DNA of 64,000 nt, from the NCBI GenBank assembly GCA_017515985.1, contig JAFWDV010000008.1, positions 6,470-70,469 on the forward strand. Direction: 5' to 3'. Positions 28,986 through 38,611 of this stretch are shown here, one piece after another. The DNA comes from Clostridia bacterium (GTDB taxonomy: Bacteria > Bacillota > Clostridia > TANB77 > CAG-508). Numbering within the stretch: the first letter of the stretch is position 1; the number at the start of each line of letters is the position of its first letter. The position numbers were made by a program, and so were the translations under genes. The notes under the pieces are model-generated. The model had not been told where the DNA came from, searched no databases, and saw only the letters and a list, made by a program, of their open reading frames with translations.

Positions 28986-29741
28986 TTATTTTTCCTTTCT
29001 GCTTATAATATCCTTTATAACTTCTCCTGCAATTATAAGTCCTGCAACCGATGGAACAAACGAAATGCTTCCAGGTGCACGCTTCTTACCACCGCAATCC
29101 TCTTTTTTTTCAGTCTGCTCATTAGTATTGCAATCACAATTACAAATATCTCGAAATGCTATAGGCTCTTCTTTTGAATAGACAACCTTCAAGCTATCCA
29201 CGCCTCTTGCCTTAAGCTCCTTACGCATAACTTTTGCAAGTGGACATACTGACGTTTTATAAATATCTGAAACCTCAAACCTTGTTGGATCAAGCTTGTT
29301 GCCAGTTCCCATTGAAGAAATAATTGGAATATTCCATTTCTTAGCTCTCATAACCAACTCGATTTTTGAAGTAATAGTATCTATTGCATCTACAACGTAA
29401 TCTATAGAATTATCAAAAAAATCTTCGCTATCAGGCGTAAAGAATTCTTGCATAATCTCAACATTAGCATTAGGATTAATATCTAAAATACGCTCCTTTG
29501 CGACTTCTACTTTGTATTTATCAACTGTAGAGTGTACAGCAATAATTTGCCTATTTAAGTTTGTTATATCAACCTTATCTTTATCTACTAAAATAAAATT
29601 GCCAACTCCAGCTCTAGCAAGTGCCTCAACTACATATGAGCCAACTCCTCCAATTCCAAATACAACAACTTTAGCATTATTTAGTTTTTCCACTGAAGCT
29701 CTTCCGATAATTAGCTCAGTTCTTGAAAATTGATCCATCAT
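28986..29741 (-). CDS. tcdA: tRNA threonylcarbamoyladenosine dehydratase (ThiF/MoeB-like E1 fold).
   Basis: VVVFGIGGVGSYVVEALARAGVGNFILVDKDKVDITNLNRQ. Confidence 0.8.
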   Translation of the reverse strand: MMDQFSRTELIIGRASVEKLNNAKVVVFGIGGVGSYVVEALARAGVGNFILVDKDKVDITNLNRQIIAVHSTVDKYKVEVAKERILDINPNANVEIMQEFFTPDSEDFFDNSIDYVVDAIDTITSKIELVMRAKKWNIPIISSMGTGNKLDPTRFEVSDIYKTSVCPLAKVMRKELKARGVDSLKVVYSKEEPIAFRDICNCDCNTNEQTEKKEDCGGKKRAPGSISFVPSVAGLIIAGEVIKDIISRKEK

Positions 29742-32356
29742 CTTGCTCTCCTCTTATAATTTTTTGCCATTCTTTTAACCAATATAATTAGCATTGCATA
29801 TACAATTAGCAATCCGCCTATCCATATCATGTACTGGATTGGTAACTTGCTTAGGTCAAATACTTTTGCTACATCTGTAAATGTTATTAATAATGTAACT
29901 AAAACAATAGAAAATGTTGAAATCGTTAATTGTTTTGACGCCCTGCTCTTTATAAATGGTATCTTATTGGTTCTTATCATATGAATCATTAATGTTTGTG
30001 AAATTATTCCAAATGCAAACCATCCTGTTTGGAACAACGCTGCTTTTTCTACCGTGTTAAATTTAAGCACAAACCATAATACTGCAAAACACATCAAATC
30101 AAGCAATGTACTTATAAATCCAAATACAAACATAAATCGCTTAATTCCTTTGGTATCCCATTTCTTTGGCCTTTTTATATATTCAATATCTACATTATCA
30201 AAAGGCATACCTATTTGCGCGAAATCACATAGTAAATTCTGTATCAATATGTGTATTGGCAATAGTGGTAAAAATGGCAAAAATATGCTTGCCAATATTA
30301 CAGAAATCATATTTCCAAAGTTTCCACTTGTAGCCATCTTAATATATTTTAAAACATTCGTAAACGTTTTTCTACCGTTTTTAACGCCTTCCTCTAGAAC
30401 ATTTAAATCTTTTTCAAGTAGTATGATATCAGCTGTTTCTTTTGCTATGTCTACAGCTGTATCAACCGAAATACCAACATCAGCTTGCTTTAGTGGAGGG
30501 CTATCATTAATTCCATCACCCATATAACCAACGGTATTTCCAAGCTCTTGATATATACGCACAATTCTTTGCTTTTGCATTGGTGAAAGTTTTGAATATA
30601 AATGGCATCCAGCTACCTTTTTCTTTAGCTCTTCATCACTCATCCCATCGATATCTTTTCCTGTCATTCTGTTAACTACATTTATACCAACCTGTTTGCA
30701 TACATTTAGAGCAACACCTTCACTATCGCCAGTTAAAACAACCGTATCGACACCATGCTTCTTAAGAGCTTCGATTGCTTGCTTAGCACTGCTTTTTGGT
30801 GGATCTAGGAATCCTACAAATCCAATCAAAACCATTTCAGATTCATCACCAACGCCAAAAGTTTCAACTCCGTGTATTTCATTCTTTTGGGCAATTGCTA
30901 AAACTCTTAGCCCATCATTATTATATTTTTGATAAACCTCATATGCTTTTTTCTTGTGCTCATCTGTCATCTTTATTGCAACACCGTTTAAATCAATATA
31001 TGAACATATTGATATTATTTCATCAACTGCTCCCTTTGTTATAAGCTGTCTTTTTCCATTTTCGTCTCTAAGCACCACACTCATTCTTCTTCTAGCAAAG
31101 TCAAACGGAATTTCATCTTCACGCACATATTTTTCTTTTAGTATATTCATATTTTCCTTTTCAGCTCTTGAAATAATTGCTACATCAATTAAATTCTTAA
31201 GCCCTGTTTGAAAATAACTATTCAAAAATGCGTGTTTTAGAATTCTTAGATTTTCGTTTCCTTCAACATCCATATATTTTTCAAGAACAATTTCATCCTC
31301 GGTAAGAGTTCCTGTTTTGTCTGTACACAAGATATTCATCTCGCCAAAAGTTTGAATTGCGCTTATTCTCTTAACTATAGTCTTCTTTTTAGACATATCT
31401 ACGGCACCTTTTGCAAGCGTAGAAGTCATAATTACCGGAAGCATTTCTGGAGTTAAACCAACTGCAATAGTAATTGAAAAGATTAGTGAATCCCACCAAT
31501 TTCCTTTTGTAAAAATATTAACGCCAAGAATGATTGGCAGCATTACAATCATAAATCTAATCAACAGCTTACTTACGTTATCTATGCCTTTTTCAAAGCT
31601 ATTCTTTTCATTTACACTATACAAAGACTTTGCCATACTACCAAAGTACGTTTCGGCTCCAGTCGCAACTACAACAGCAGTCGCGCTACCACTTACAATA
31701 TTTGTTCCCATAAAGCCAATATTTGGCATATCTGTAACGCTATCGCTCTCACCATACTTTGCAAATTTTTCAACAGGATTTGATTCCCCAGTTAGTGATG
31801 CTTGATCAACGAACAAGTCTTTTACTTCAATAAATCTAACATCTCCCGGAATCATATCACCTGAAGAAAGTTTAACTATATCACCAGGAACAATGTTCTC
31901 AACATCAGCAATGACCTGCACATCATCTCTTATAACATCAATTTTATTTGAAATCATTTTTTTAAGCTTTTTAGCTGCATTATCTGACTTTGTTTCTTGT
32001 TTTAATGAAATTATAGCTGAAATAATAACCGTACTTACGATTAATATAAACGTTGCATAATCCTTTTGCTCTGGAATTATAACATCAGTTATAAATGTAA
32101 CAATAGCAACCAATATAAGAACAATGTTAAACGGATTAATTATCGCATCTATAACCTTTTTGAAAAATGAAGTATTGGTTTCAGTTTCTATAGAATTTTT
32201 TCCATATTCATCAAGCCTTTCTTCAATATCAACAACGCTTAAGCCTTGATTTGATGTTTTAAATTCCTTTAGCACTTCATATACATCGGCTTTGCTATAT
32301 TTTCTTAATTTTTCTTCTGCAATTCTGCAATTTTCTATAATTTTTTTATCTTTCAT
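29738..32356 (-). CDS. P-type cation-transporting ATPase, MgtA-like (Mg2+/Ca2+ type II). The likely start is MKDKKIIE at 32356.
   Basis: DKTGTLT, TGDSEGVA, MGDGINDSPPLKQADVGISV; ten TM helices; about 870 aa. Confidence 0.8.
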   Translation of the reverse strand: MKDKKIIENCRIAEEKLRKYSKADVYEVLKEFKTSNQGLSVVDIEERLDEYGKNSIETETNTSFFKKVIDAIINPFNIVLILVAIVTFITDVIIPEQKDYATFILIVSTVIISAIISLKQETKSDNAAKKLKKMISNKIDVIRDDVQVIADVENIVPGDIVKLSSGDMIPGDVRFIEVKDLFVDQASLTGESNPVEKFAKYGESDSVTDMPNIGFMGTNIVSGSATAVVVATGAETYFGSMAKSLYSVNEKNSFEKGIDNVSKLLIRFMIVMLPIILGVNIFTKGNWWDSLIFSITIAVGLTPEMLPVIMTSTLAKGAVDMSKKKTIVKRISAIQTFGEMNILCTDKTGTLTEDEIVLEKYMDVEGNENLRILKHAFLNSYFQTGLKNLIDVAIISRAEKENMNILKEKYVREDEIPFDFARRRMSVVLRDENGKRQLITKGAVDEIISICSYIDLNGVAIKMTDEHKKKAYEVYQKYNNDGLRVLAIAQKNEIHGVETFGVGDESEMVLIGFVGFLDPPKSSAKQAIEALKKHGVDTVVLTGDSEGVALNVCKQVGINVVNRMTGKDIDGMSDEELKKKVAGCHLYSKLSPMQKQRIVRIYQELGNTVGYMGDGINDSPPLKQADVGISVDTAVDIAKETADIILLEKDLNVLEEGVKNGRKTFTNVLKYIKMATSGNFGNMISVILASIFLPFLPLLPIHILIQNLLCDFAQIGMPFDNVDIEYIKRPKKWDTKGIKRFMFVFGFISTLLDLMCFAVLWFVLKFNTVEKAALFQTGWFAFGIISQTLMIHMIRTNKIPFIKSRASKQLTISTFSIVLVTLLITFTDVAKVFDLSKLPIQYMIWIGGLLIVYAMLIILVKRMAKNYKRRAR

Positions 32357-32544
32357 AGTATGCTCTCCAGTCTTATTTTTTGGATACATCAGAATTATAT
32401 ACTAAAAAAATACAAAAACAAAGAGCTACAGGAAAAAAAATGCTGCAGCACTTCAAATCTGTATACTATAGAGCTAAACAATTTAAATTTACTACAAAGC
32501 AAAGCCCTCACTTCTTTCGAAATGAGGGCTTTTGCATCGGTCAG

Positions 32545-32955
32545 TTACGAGAAATTGAAGTCCTTCAGGAAAACCCAGGGAACAACCTTCTTTTCGCTCT
32601 CGTCGAATCTTACCTTGAATCCGAGGCGCATAAGCTCCGCCGTGACTCCCTTCAAAAAACCATACGAATCTGTGAAAAGGCTATAATTTGCATTTGCCAA
32701 ATCAACCTGCTTTTTGTACTCCTCACCATCCAAAGTGCCAATAACAGCATCAGTTTCAGCTCTTTTGTTTTCAAGCGAAACATTGGTAATGGGAAGTGCA
32801 ATGGCAACGTAGTCGTAGGATACTTCAGGGTGCTGCTTAACGTACTCTGTGATAGCCTCATCAGCTTTTTCCACATAGTCGCTTACAGCCTGCATGACGT
32901 CTTCGGGATTAGCGATGTTTTTAACCTTTTTAGCAATTTCTTTCGCATTAACCAT
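32545..32955 (-). CDS. Acidic hypothetical protein (136 aa), paralogous to a domain of the 33227..34171 product; in a GC-enriched islet. Start at MVNAKEI (RBS AGGAGG).
   Basis: YDYVAIALPITNVSLENKRAE resembles HEYGSVAVPINFVSKAKKEIE in the neighbouring gene. The upstream part of the longer ORF in the track is 5' UTR containing the conserved hairpin. Confidence 0.55.
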   Translation of the reverse strand: MVNAKEIAKKVKNIANPEDVMQAVSDYVEKADEAITEYVKQHPEVSYDYVAIALPITNVSLENKRAETDAVIGTLDGEEYKKQVDLANANYSLFTDSYGFLKGVTAELMRLGFKVRFDESEKKVVPWVFLKDFNFS

Positions 32956-33226
32956 AATTTGCCTCCTAAATGTAGGTTTTGGTTTTTGTCTTACATTTAA
33001 GCTAACAACCTGACCTCTTGTTAGCCCAAAAAACGGAGCTATTACTCCGATAGACTCCATTATAGTATATTTTTTATTTTATGTCAATTTTATTTAACAT
33101 ACCTAATAAATCTCAAATAATAAAATAGGACCTCACTTCTTGTGGTGAAGTGCAGGTCCATTTGGTCAGCTATTTAAACCAACGTCTATTCGCCTCTTGT
33201 GGTGAGGTGAAGACGCGTTCGGTTAG

Positions 33227-34171
33227 TTAGCTTTCGATTTCTCTGAGGTAGACAAGAGGAACTAATCCGTGCTCAGATGTAGCAATTAATTCAAATCCCA
33301 TATCATGGGAAAGAATATTAATCACCTCATCCGTAAACATTTCAGAGTCAGAGTAAACAAAACGCTTAAGCTCTTCTTCTGCCATAGTTCCATCGTAAAC
33401 CTCTTGCATGTCGCAATCTCTAATTGTCAGGAGATCACCAGATTCAATATGGCAATTCTTGAAATCCGTGATTGCGAGGCCTACAGCTACTGCAAAATGC
33501 GCGACGCTTGGTTCTTCCGCTGCGAGCTCCTCGAATTTCTTCAAGGCTTCAGCATAATACTGCTCTGCAGCAGTCTTTGCAGATTCCTTGATTCTTTCGA
33601 TTCTCTGAGGCTCGAAGAAAATATCTGCAATCGTTTTTGCAGTAATTTTTCCGTTCTCATCGGCTACGCATGTATCATCATCCGAAAGATCATCCGGAAC
33701 GATAATCAGCGGGAGAATCTTCCTGTCGATTTTTTTTACGTCTGATTCATGTGCATCAACCTTCACGTCGAACCCCCTTTCGAGAAGCTCTTCGATTACA
33801 AGGTTGAAAAACTCAACATCATCGGTAAGGTTGTCGTAATCGATAGATATACCTGGCTCATTTATCCCTGAGTACGGGTATACTTTTTCTTCTACCTCAC
33901 CTAACCCTTCGTAGCAGGGCTCCTCGATGTAGAATTCCAGTCCCTTAAAACAAGAATCCAGGAATCCGCTGTGCTCGATTTCCTTCTTAGCCTTGCTAAC
34001 GAAATTAATCGGTACAGCTACACTTCCGTATTCGTGAACCGCATTTGGCTCAGATTCTACCAAATCCCGAACCTTTTCTGTTACATGTTCGAGATATTTG
34101 TCTACTGCCTTGACGGCTGCCTCTTTTACTAACGGTCTTCTGAGGATATCTGCTAACATTCTTGCTTTCAT
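33227..34171 (-). CDS. Acidic hypothetical protein (314 aa) with two internally repeated domains.
   Basis: Internal duplication (VHEYGSVAVPINFVSKA vs VAHFAVAVGLAITDFKN). Local GC about 42-45%. GC-rich terminator hairpin downstream. Confidence 0.6.
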   Translation of the reverse strand: MKARMLADILRRPLVKEAAVKAVDKYLEHVTEKVRDLVESEPNAVHEYGSVAVPINFVSKAKKEIEHSGFLDSCFKGLEFYIEEPCYEGLGEVEEKVYPYSGINEPGISIDYDNLTDDVEFFNLVIEELLERGFDVKVDAHESDVKKIDRKILPLIIVPDDLSDDDTCVADENGKITAKTIADIFFEPQRIERIKESAKTAAEQYYAEALKKFEELAAEEPSVAHFAVAVGLAITDFKNCHIESGDLLTIRDCDMQEVYDGTMAEEELKRFVYSDSEMFTDEVINILSHDMGFELIATSEHGLVPLVYLREIES

Positions 34172-34337
34172 TGTGTTTACCTCCTACGGTTGTTTTTTTC
34201 TTGATGATTTCGGCTACTAACTTCTGGTTTTGCTAACAATCTGACCTCTTGTTAGCTACTACCACAGAGCATTGCTCTGATACATTTAATTATACCATTT
34301 TAGCTTATTGTTGTCAATTTATGTAAATCTGTTGTAT

Positions 34338-35411
34338 CTATATCTTATTCTCACAATATCCGCATCTTACGTTTCCATCACTGCATTTTGTAACAAGGTA
34401 TTTTATTCCGCGCTCAACCATTGTAATACATCTTTCATTAGAGCATTTTGCTTCATTATTTTCAGCTACATTTTCCTCTTTTTTGTTAGACTTTAAGCTT
34501 TCTTCTTTTAATAATTTTAAAATTATTGCCATACGCATATATCTTCCATTTTCAGCCTGTCTAAAGTACGCAGCTCTTTTTTCATCATCATCTACATCTA
34601 CAGAAATCTCGTTAACTCTTGGTAACGGATGCAAGATGCTTAAATCTTCTTTTGCATTTTTAAGTTTAGCTTTATCTAATATGTATACATCTTTTAGTCT
34701 TTCATATTCACTCATATCAGAAAAACGCTCTCTTTGAATTCTTGTCATATAAAGAACATCTAGATTTGGAATGCTCTCTTCAAGGTCATTTGTTTCAAGA
34801 TATTCAATATTTTTACTTTCAAGCGTATCTTTAATATATTCAGGCATTTTAAGCTCATTTGGCGAAATAAATACAAATTTAATATTTTCGTACATTTGCA
34901 AAGCATTAACAAGTGAATGAACGGTCCTACCATACTTTAAATCACCGCACATACCTACAGTCAAGTTATCGATATGGCCTTTTTCCTTACTTATTGTTAG
35001 TAAATCAAGTAAAGTTTGAGTTGGATGATTGTGGCCTCCATCACCTGCATTTATAATAGGTACTTTCGATTTCATAGAAGCTACAAGCGGTGCACCATCT
35101 TTAGGATGCCTCATTGCTATAATATCCGAATATCCACTTACAACGGTTATAGTATCTGCAAGTGATTCGCCCTTAGAAGTTGAAGAGCTATTTGCATTTG
35201 AAAAACCAAGAACATTTCCACCTAAACCAAGCATGGCAGATTCAAAGCTAAGCCTTGTTCTAGTGCTTGGTTCGAAAAAAAGCGTTGCTAATATTTTTCC
35301 TTTACACATTTCGCTATATTTAGCTCTATTATTCATAATATCTTTAGACACTTCAATTAATTCGTCAATCTCTTCTTTCGAAAAGTCTTCAATACCTATT
35401 AAATTTCTCAT
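34338..35411 (-). CDS. pyrB: Aspartate carbamoyltransferase catalytic chain fused to a C-terminal PyrI-type zinc domain. The likely start is MRNLIGIED at 35411.
   Basis: STRTRLSFE and HPLPRV motifs. C-terminal CSNERC...[10 protein letters not shown] four-Cys zinc domain follows a Lys/Glu-rich linker. Confidence 0.8.
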   Translation of the reverse strand: MRNLIGIEDFSKEEIDELIEVSKDIMNNRAKYSEMCKGKILATLFFEPSTRTRLSFESAMLGLGGNVLGFSNANSSSTSKGESLADTITVVSGYSDIIAMRHPKDGAPLVASMKSKVPIINAGDGGHNHPTQTLLDLLTISKEKGHIDNLTVGMCGDLKYGRTVHSLVNALQMYENIKFVFISPNELKMPEYIKDTLESKNIEYLETNDLEESIPNLDVLYMTRIQRERFSDMSEYERLKDVYILDKAKLKNAKEDLSILHPLPRVNEISVDVDDDEKRAAYFRQAENGRYMRMAIILKLLKEESLKSNKKEENVAENNEAKCSNERCITMVERGIKYLVTKCSDGNVRCGYCENKI

Positions 35412-35502
35412 CTTAATTACTCTCCTTTGTATATTTATTTGCACAATTAAAGGACTGAGCATATTTAAACCCTATTGATTATGCCCAATCCCTTATTTTT
35501 AC

Positions 35503-36141
35503 CTACTTAATCCAACTTTCGTCGCTTGGATTATTTCTAAATTTGATTAGTCTTTCTTTGTCATCTGCTTTAATGTACCCTTGTTCAGCAGCCACATCAA
35601 CCATTACATCGAAGTTAGATAAACTAATATTTTTAACATTTGCTTCAGCCAAAGCATCCTTGCTTTTTTGCATGTTATATGTAAATATGCTGACAATACC
35701 AAGAACTATTGTCCCTGCATCTCTTAAAACGTTAACAACATCGATAACACTTCCACCTGTTGAAATTAGGTCTTCAACAACAACAACTCTTTGCCCTGGA
35801 ACAATTCTTCCTTCAATTTGATTTTTTCTACCGTGATCTTTGCTACTTCCTCTAACATATCCCATTGGTAGCCCTAGTATATCGGCAGTGATAGCAGCAT
35901 GAGCGATGCCAGCTGTACTTGTTCCCATTATAACTTCAGCACCAGCAAAGTTTTCTTGTATCAATGTAGCTAAACCTTCCTCAACATCATTTCTAACAAT
36001 TGGTGATGTTAAAGTTAATCTGTTATCACAATAAATAGGGCTTTTGATTCCACTTGCCCATGTGAATGGGTCGTCTGGCTTTAAGAATATAGCCTCAATA
36101 GATAATAAATCCTTTGCAATTTTTTGTTCCATGTTTTCCAT
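35503..36141 (-). CDS. pyrE: Orotate phosphoribosyltransferase.
   Basis: PRPP-binding motif VVVVEDLISTGGS. Confidence 0.85.
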   Translation of the reverse strand: MENMEQKIAKDLLSIEAIFLKPDDPFTWASGIKSPIYCDNRLTLTSPIVRNDVEEGLATLIQENFAGAEVIMGTSTAGIAHAAITADILGLPMGYVRGSSKDHGRKNQIEGRIVPGQRVVVVEDLISTGGSVIDVVNVLRDAGTIVLGIVSIFTYNMQKSKDALAEANVKNISLSNFDVMVDVAAEQGYIKADDKERLIKFRNNPSDESWIK

Positions 36142-36154
36142 AAAAAAAATCCTC

Positions 36155-36215
36155 CTTTAAATTTTGGGACGGACTCATTTTTTATTTTCATGACTCACCG
36201 TCCCTATTTTCCTAT
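36155..36215. repeat. REP-like variant hairpin (GGGACGG ... CCGTCCC) inside the pyr operon, between pyrF and pyrE.
   Basis: AAATTTTGGGACGGACTCA...CATGACTCACCGTCCCTATTTTCC. Confidence 0.6.
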
Positions 36216-36218
36216 TTT

Positions 36219-36917
36219 TTAATCAATAAAATCTTCTACACATTTATTATAAGCTTCAACTGGGTTTTCAGCTTGAGTGATTGGTCTTCCAACAACTATA
36301 TAATCTGAGCCTAGCTCTTTTGCCCTGGCAGGCGTTGTAATTCTAACTTGATCTCCTGCATCTTTAGCAGCAAACCTTATTCCAGGCGTTACTGTTATAA
36401 AGTCTTTTCCGCATTTTGCCTTAACCGCTTGTACTTCAAGTGGTGAACAAACTACACCATCAAGTCCTGCCTCTTTAGTATTTTGAGCATAATGCATAAC
36501 AACATCCTCAATTGGCTCTTTAATTAAAAGTTCATTTTCCATTCTTTCTTGGCTTGTAGATGTTAACTGTGTTACAGCAATAAGAAGAGGTCTTGTCCCA
36601 TCTTCTTTTGTTAAGCCTTTAAGTCCAGCTGTCATCATATCTTTTGTTCCAGCAGCATGAACATTTGTCATATCAACACCTAAGTTTGAAAGAGATCTCA
36701 TTCCTTTTTCAACTGTATTAGGAATGTCATGTAATTTAAGATCTAAGAAAATCTTATGACCTCTATTTTTTATTTCTCTTACGATATCAGGTCCTTCACT
36801 ATAAAATAGCTCCATACCAATTTTAAGAAATAACTTTTCATCTTTAAAGTTATCTAAGAATGCAAGCGTATCTGCTTTATTTTTAAAATCACAAGCAATA
36901 ATAACTCCCTTTCCCAT
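36219..36917 (-). CDS. pyrF: Orotidine-5'-phosphate decarboxylase.
   Basis: [13 protein letters not shown] signature. Confidence 0.85.
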   Translation of the reverse strand: MGKGVIIACDFKNKADTLAFLDNFKDEKLFLKIGMELFYSEGPDIVREIKNRGHKIFLDLKLHDIPNTVEKGMRSLSNLGVDMTNVHAAGTKDMMTAGLKGLTKEDGTRPLLIAVTQLTSTSQERMENELLIKEPIEDVVMHYAQNTKEAGLDGVVCSPLEVQAVKAKCGKDFITVTPGIRFAAKDAGDQVRITTPARAKELGSDYIVVGRPITQAENPVEAYNKCVEDFID

Positions 36918-36947
36918 TTTTACTACTCCTTTACTTTTAACTCTAAT

Positions 36948-37868
36948 TTAATGTGCGGCACCAATAATATCTTTTAAATTATCTATACCGTATTTTTCCA
37001 TAGCTCTGGGTAAATCTTCAATAATTTCTTTGCAAGCATATGGATTTTTTAAGTTTGCTGCTCCAACTTCAACAGCAGAAGCACCTGCAAGCATCATTTC
37101 AATAACATCTTCAGCTGATTCAATTCCGCCAACGCCTATTATTGGAATTTTCACAGCTTCATATACTTGATATACCATTCTTAAAGCTACTGGGAATATA
37201 GCAGGTCCAGAAAAACCTCCCATTTTATTAGCAATAACTGGCTTTTTATTCTTAAGATTAATTCTCATACCAAGTAATGTATTTATTAAAACAATACCAT
37301 CAGCCCCAGCTGCTTCAACTGCTTTAGCAATTTCAACAATATTTGTAACATTTGGTGTTAATTTTACATATACAGGCTTTGTCGTAACAGCCTTAACAGC
37401 TCTAGTTACCTCTGCAGCTGCCCCTGGATTTGTGCCAAATGTCATACCACCATTGTGAACATTTGGACAGCTTATGTTTACTTCAATAATTTCAACTTGC
37501 TCTTCTTTATCCATAAGTTCACAACAATGAACATATTCATCTATAGCAAATCCACTTATGTTTGCAATTAACGGCTTCTTAAAGCATTTTCTTAGCTTTG
37601 GAAGTTCTTCAGAAATTACTTTATCAACTCCTGGATTCTGAAGACCAATCGCATTTATTAGGCCTGACTTACAGTCAGCAATACGTGGTAATGGATTACC
37701 GTATCTTGCATCTTTTGTTGTACCTTTAAAAGAGATAGATCCTAAAATGTTGATATCATAAAAGTCTGTGAATTCATATCCAAATCCAAAAGTTCCACTT
37801 GCAGGAATTACAGGATTATCTAGCTTTACTCCACTAAGCTCTGTTGATAAATCTTTATTTACTCCCAT
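36948..37868 (-). CDS. pyrD: Dihydroorotate dehydrogenase catalytic subunit (class 1B). Start at MGVNKDLS (RBS AAGGAGAG).
   Basis: LDNPVIPASGTFGFG; FMN-binding TIM-barrel motifs. Confidence 0.85.
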   Translation of the reverse strand: MGVNKDLSTELSGVKLDNPVIPASGTFGFGYEFTDFYDINILGSISFKGTTKDARYGNPLPRIADCKSGLINAIGLQNPGVDKVISEELPKLRKCFKKPLIANISGFAIDEYVHCCELMDKEEQVEIIEVNISCPNVHNGGMTFGTNPGAAAEVTRAVKAVTTKPVYVKLTPNVTNIVEIAKAVEAAGADGIVLINTLLGMRINLKNKKPVIANKMGGFSGPAIFPVALRMVYQVYEAVKIPIIGVGGIESAEDVIEMMLAGASAVEVGAANLKNPYACKEIIEDLPRAMEKYGIDNLKDIIGAAH

Positions 37869-38599
37869 ATTAAGCTCTCCTTTCCGAATACTGGTCCCTC
37901 TTTGCACACTCTTCTATAACCATCTTTTGTTTTAATTGTACATCCCATACATGCACCAAAACCGCATCCCATACGCTCTTCTAAACTTACTTGTCCATCT
38001 ACATCAGTAGCTCCACAAATTGCTTTTAACATAACCATTGGGCCACATGCGTAGAAATATGTATAATCTTTCAAATCTTTCATTACATCTGTAACAAAAC
38101 CTTTAGTACCAACGCTTCCGTCAACTGTTGAAACATAAACATCAACACCTAGTTTTTTGAATTCATCTTCAAAGAATAAATCCTCTTTTGAACCAAATCC
38201 AAGAATTACTGTAGGTTTCTTTCCACTTGCTAATAAATCCTTGCATAATCTGTACATAGGTGGCGTACCAACTCCACCACCAATAAGTAATGGCTTATCT
38301 CCTTGGCAATTTAGATTAAATCCATTACCAAGCCCTGTTAGTACATCAAGCTCAGCTCCAGCTTTAAGCTCTGCCATTATTTCCGTTCCTTTTCCAACTA
38401 CCTTATAAATAATAGTAACTGTTTTGTCATCATAATTGCATATTGAAATCGGACGTCTTAAGTACAAAGATTCAAGCTCTATATTAATAAATTGCCCAGC
38501 ATTTTTTATATCTTTCGTATCACCCTCAAGAATCATCTTGAAAACATCTTTAGCAATTTTCACATTTTCAATAATTTTAAACTTTGCTCTCTTATTCAC
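37859..38599 (-). CDS. pyrK: Dihydroorotate dehydrogenase electron-transfer subunit (FAD / 2Fe-2S).
   Basis: C-terminal CGFGACMGC...C cluster; FNR-like fold. Confidence 0.85.
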   Translation of the reverse strand: MNKRAKFKIIENVKIAKDVFKMILEGDTKDIKNAGQFINIELESLYLRRPISICNYDDKTVTIIYKVVGKGTEIMAELKAGAELDVLTGLGNGFNLNCQGDKPLLIGGGVGTPPMYRLCKDLLASGKKPTVILGFGSKEDLFFEDEFKKLGVDVYVSTVDGSVGTKGFVTDVMKDLKDYTYFYACGPMVMLKAICGATDVDGQVSLEERMGCGFGACMGCTIKTKDGYRRVCKEGPVFGKESLIWE

Positions 38600-38611
38600 G
38601 ATATCCTCCTT

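Noticed and set aside
32390-32545. Possible Mg2+ (M-box / ykoK) riboswitch upstream of the MgtA-like ATPase
   Set aside because: After correcting the ATPase start, only about 110-190 nt is available. Most of that is the terminator hairpin of the upstream paralogue gene. No M-box conserved segments were recognised.
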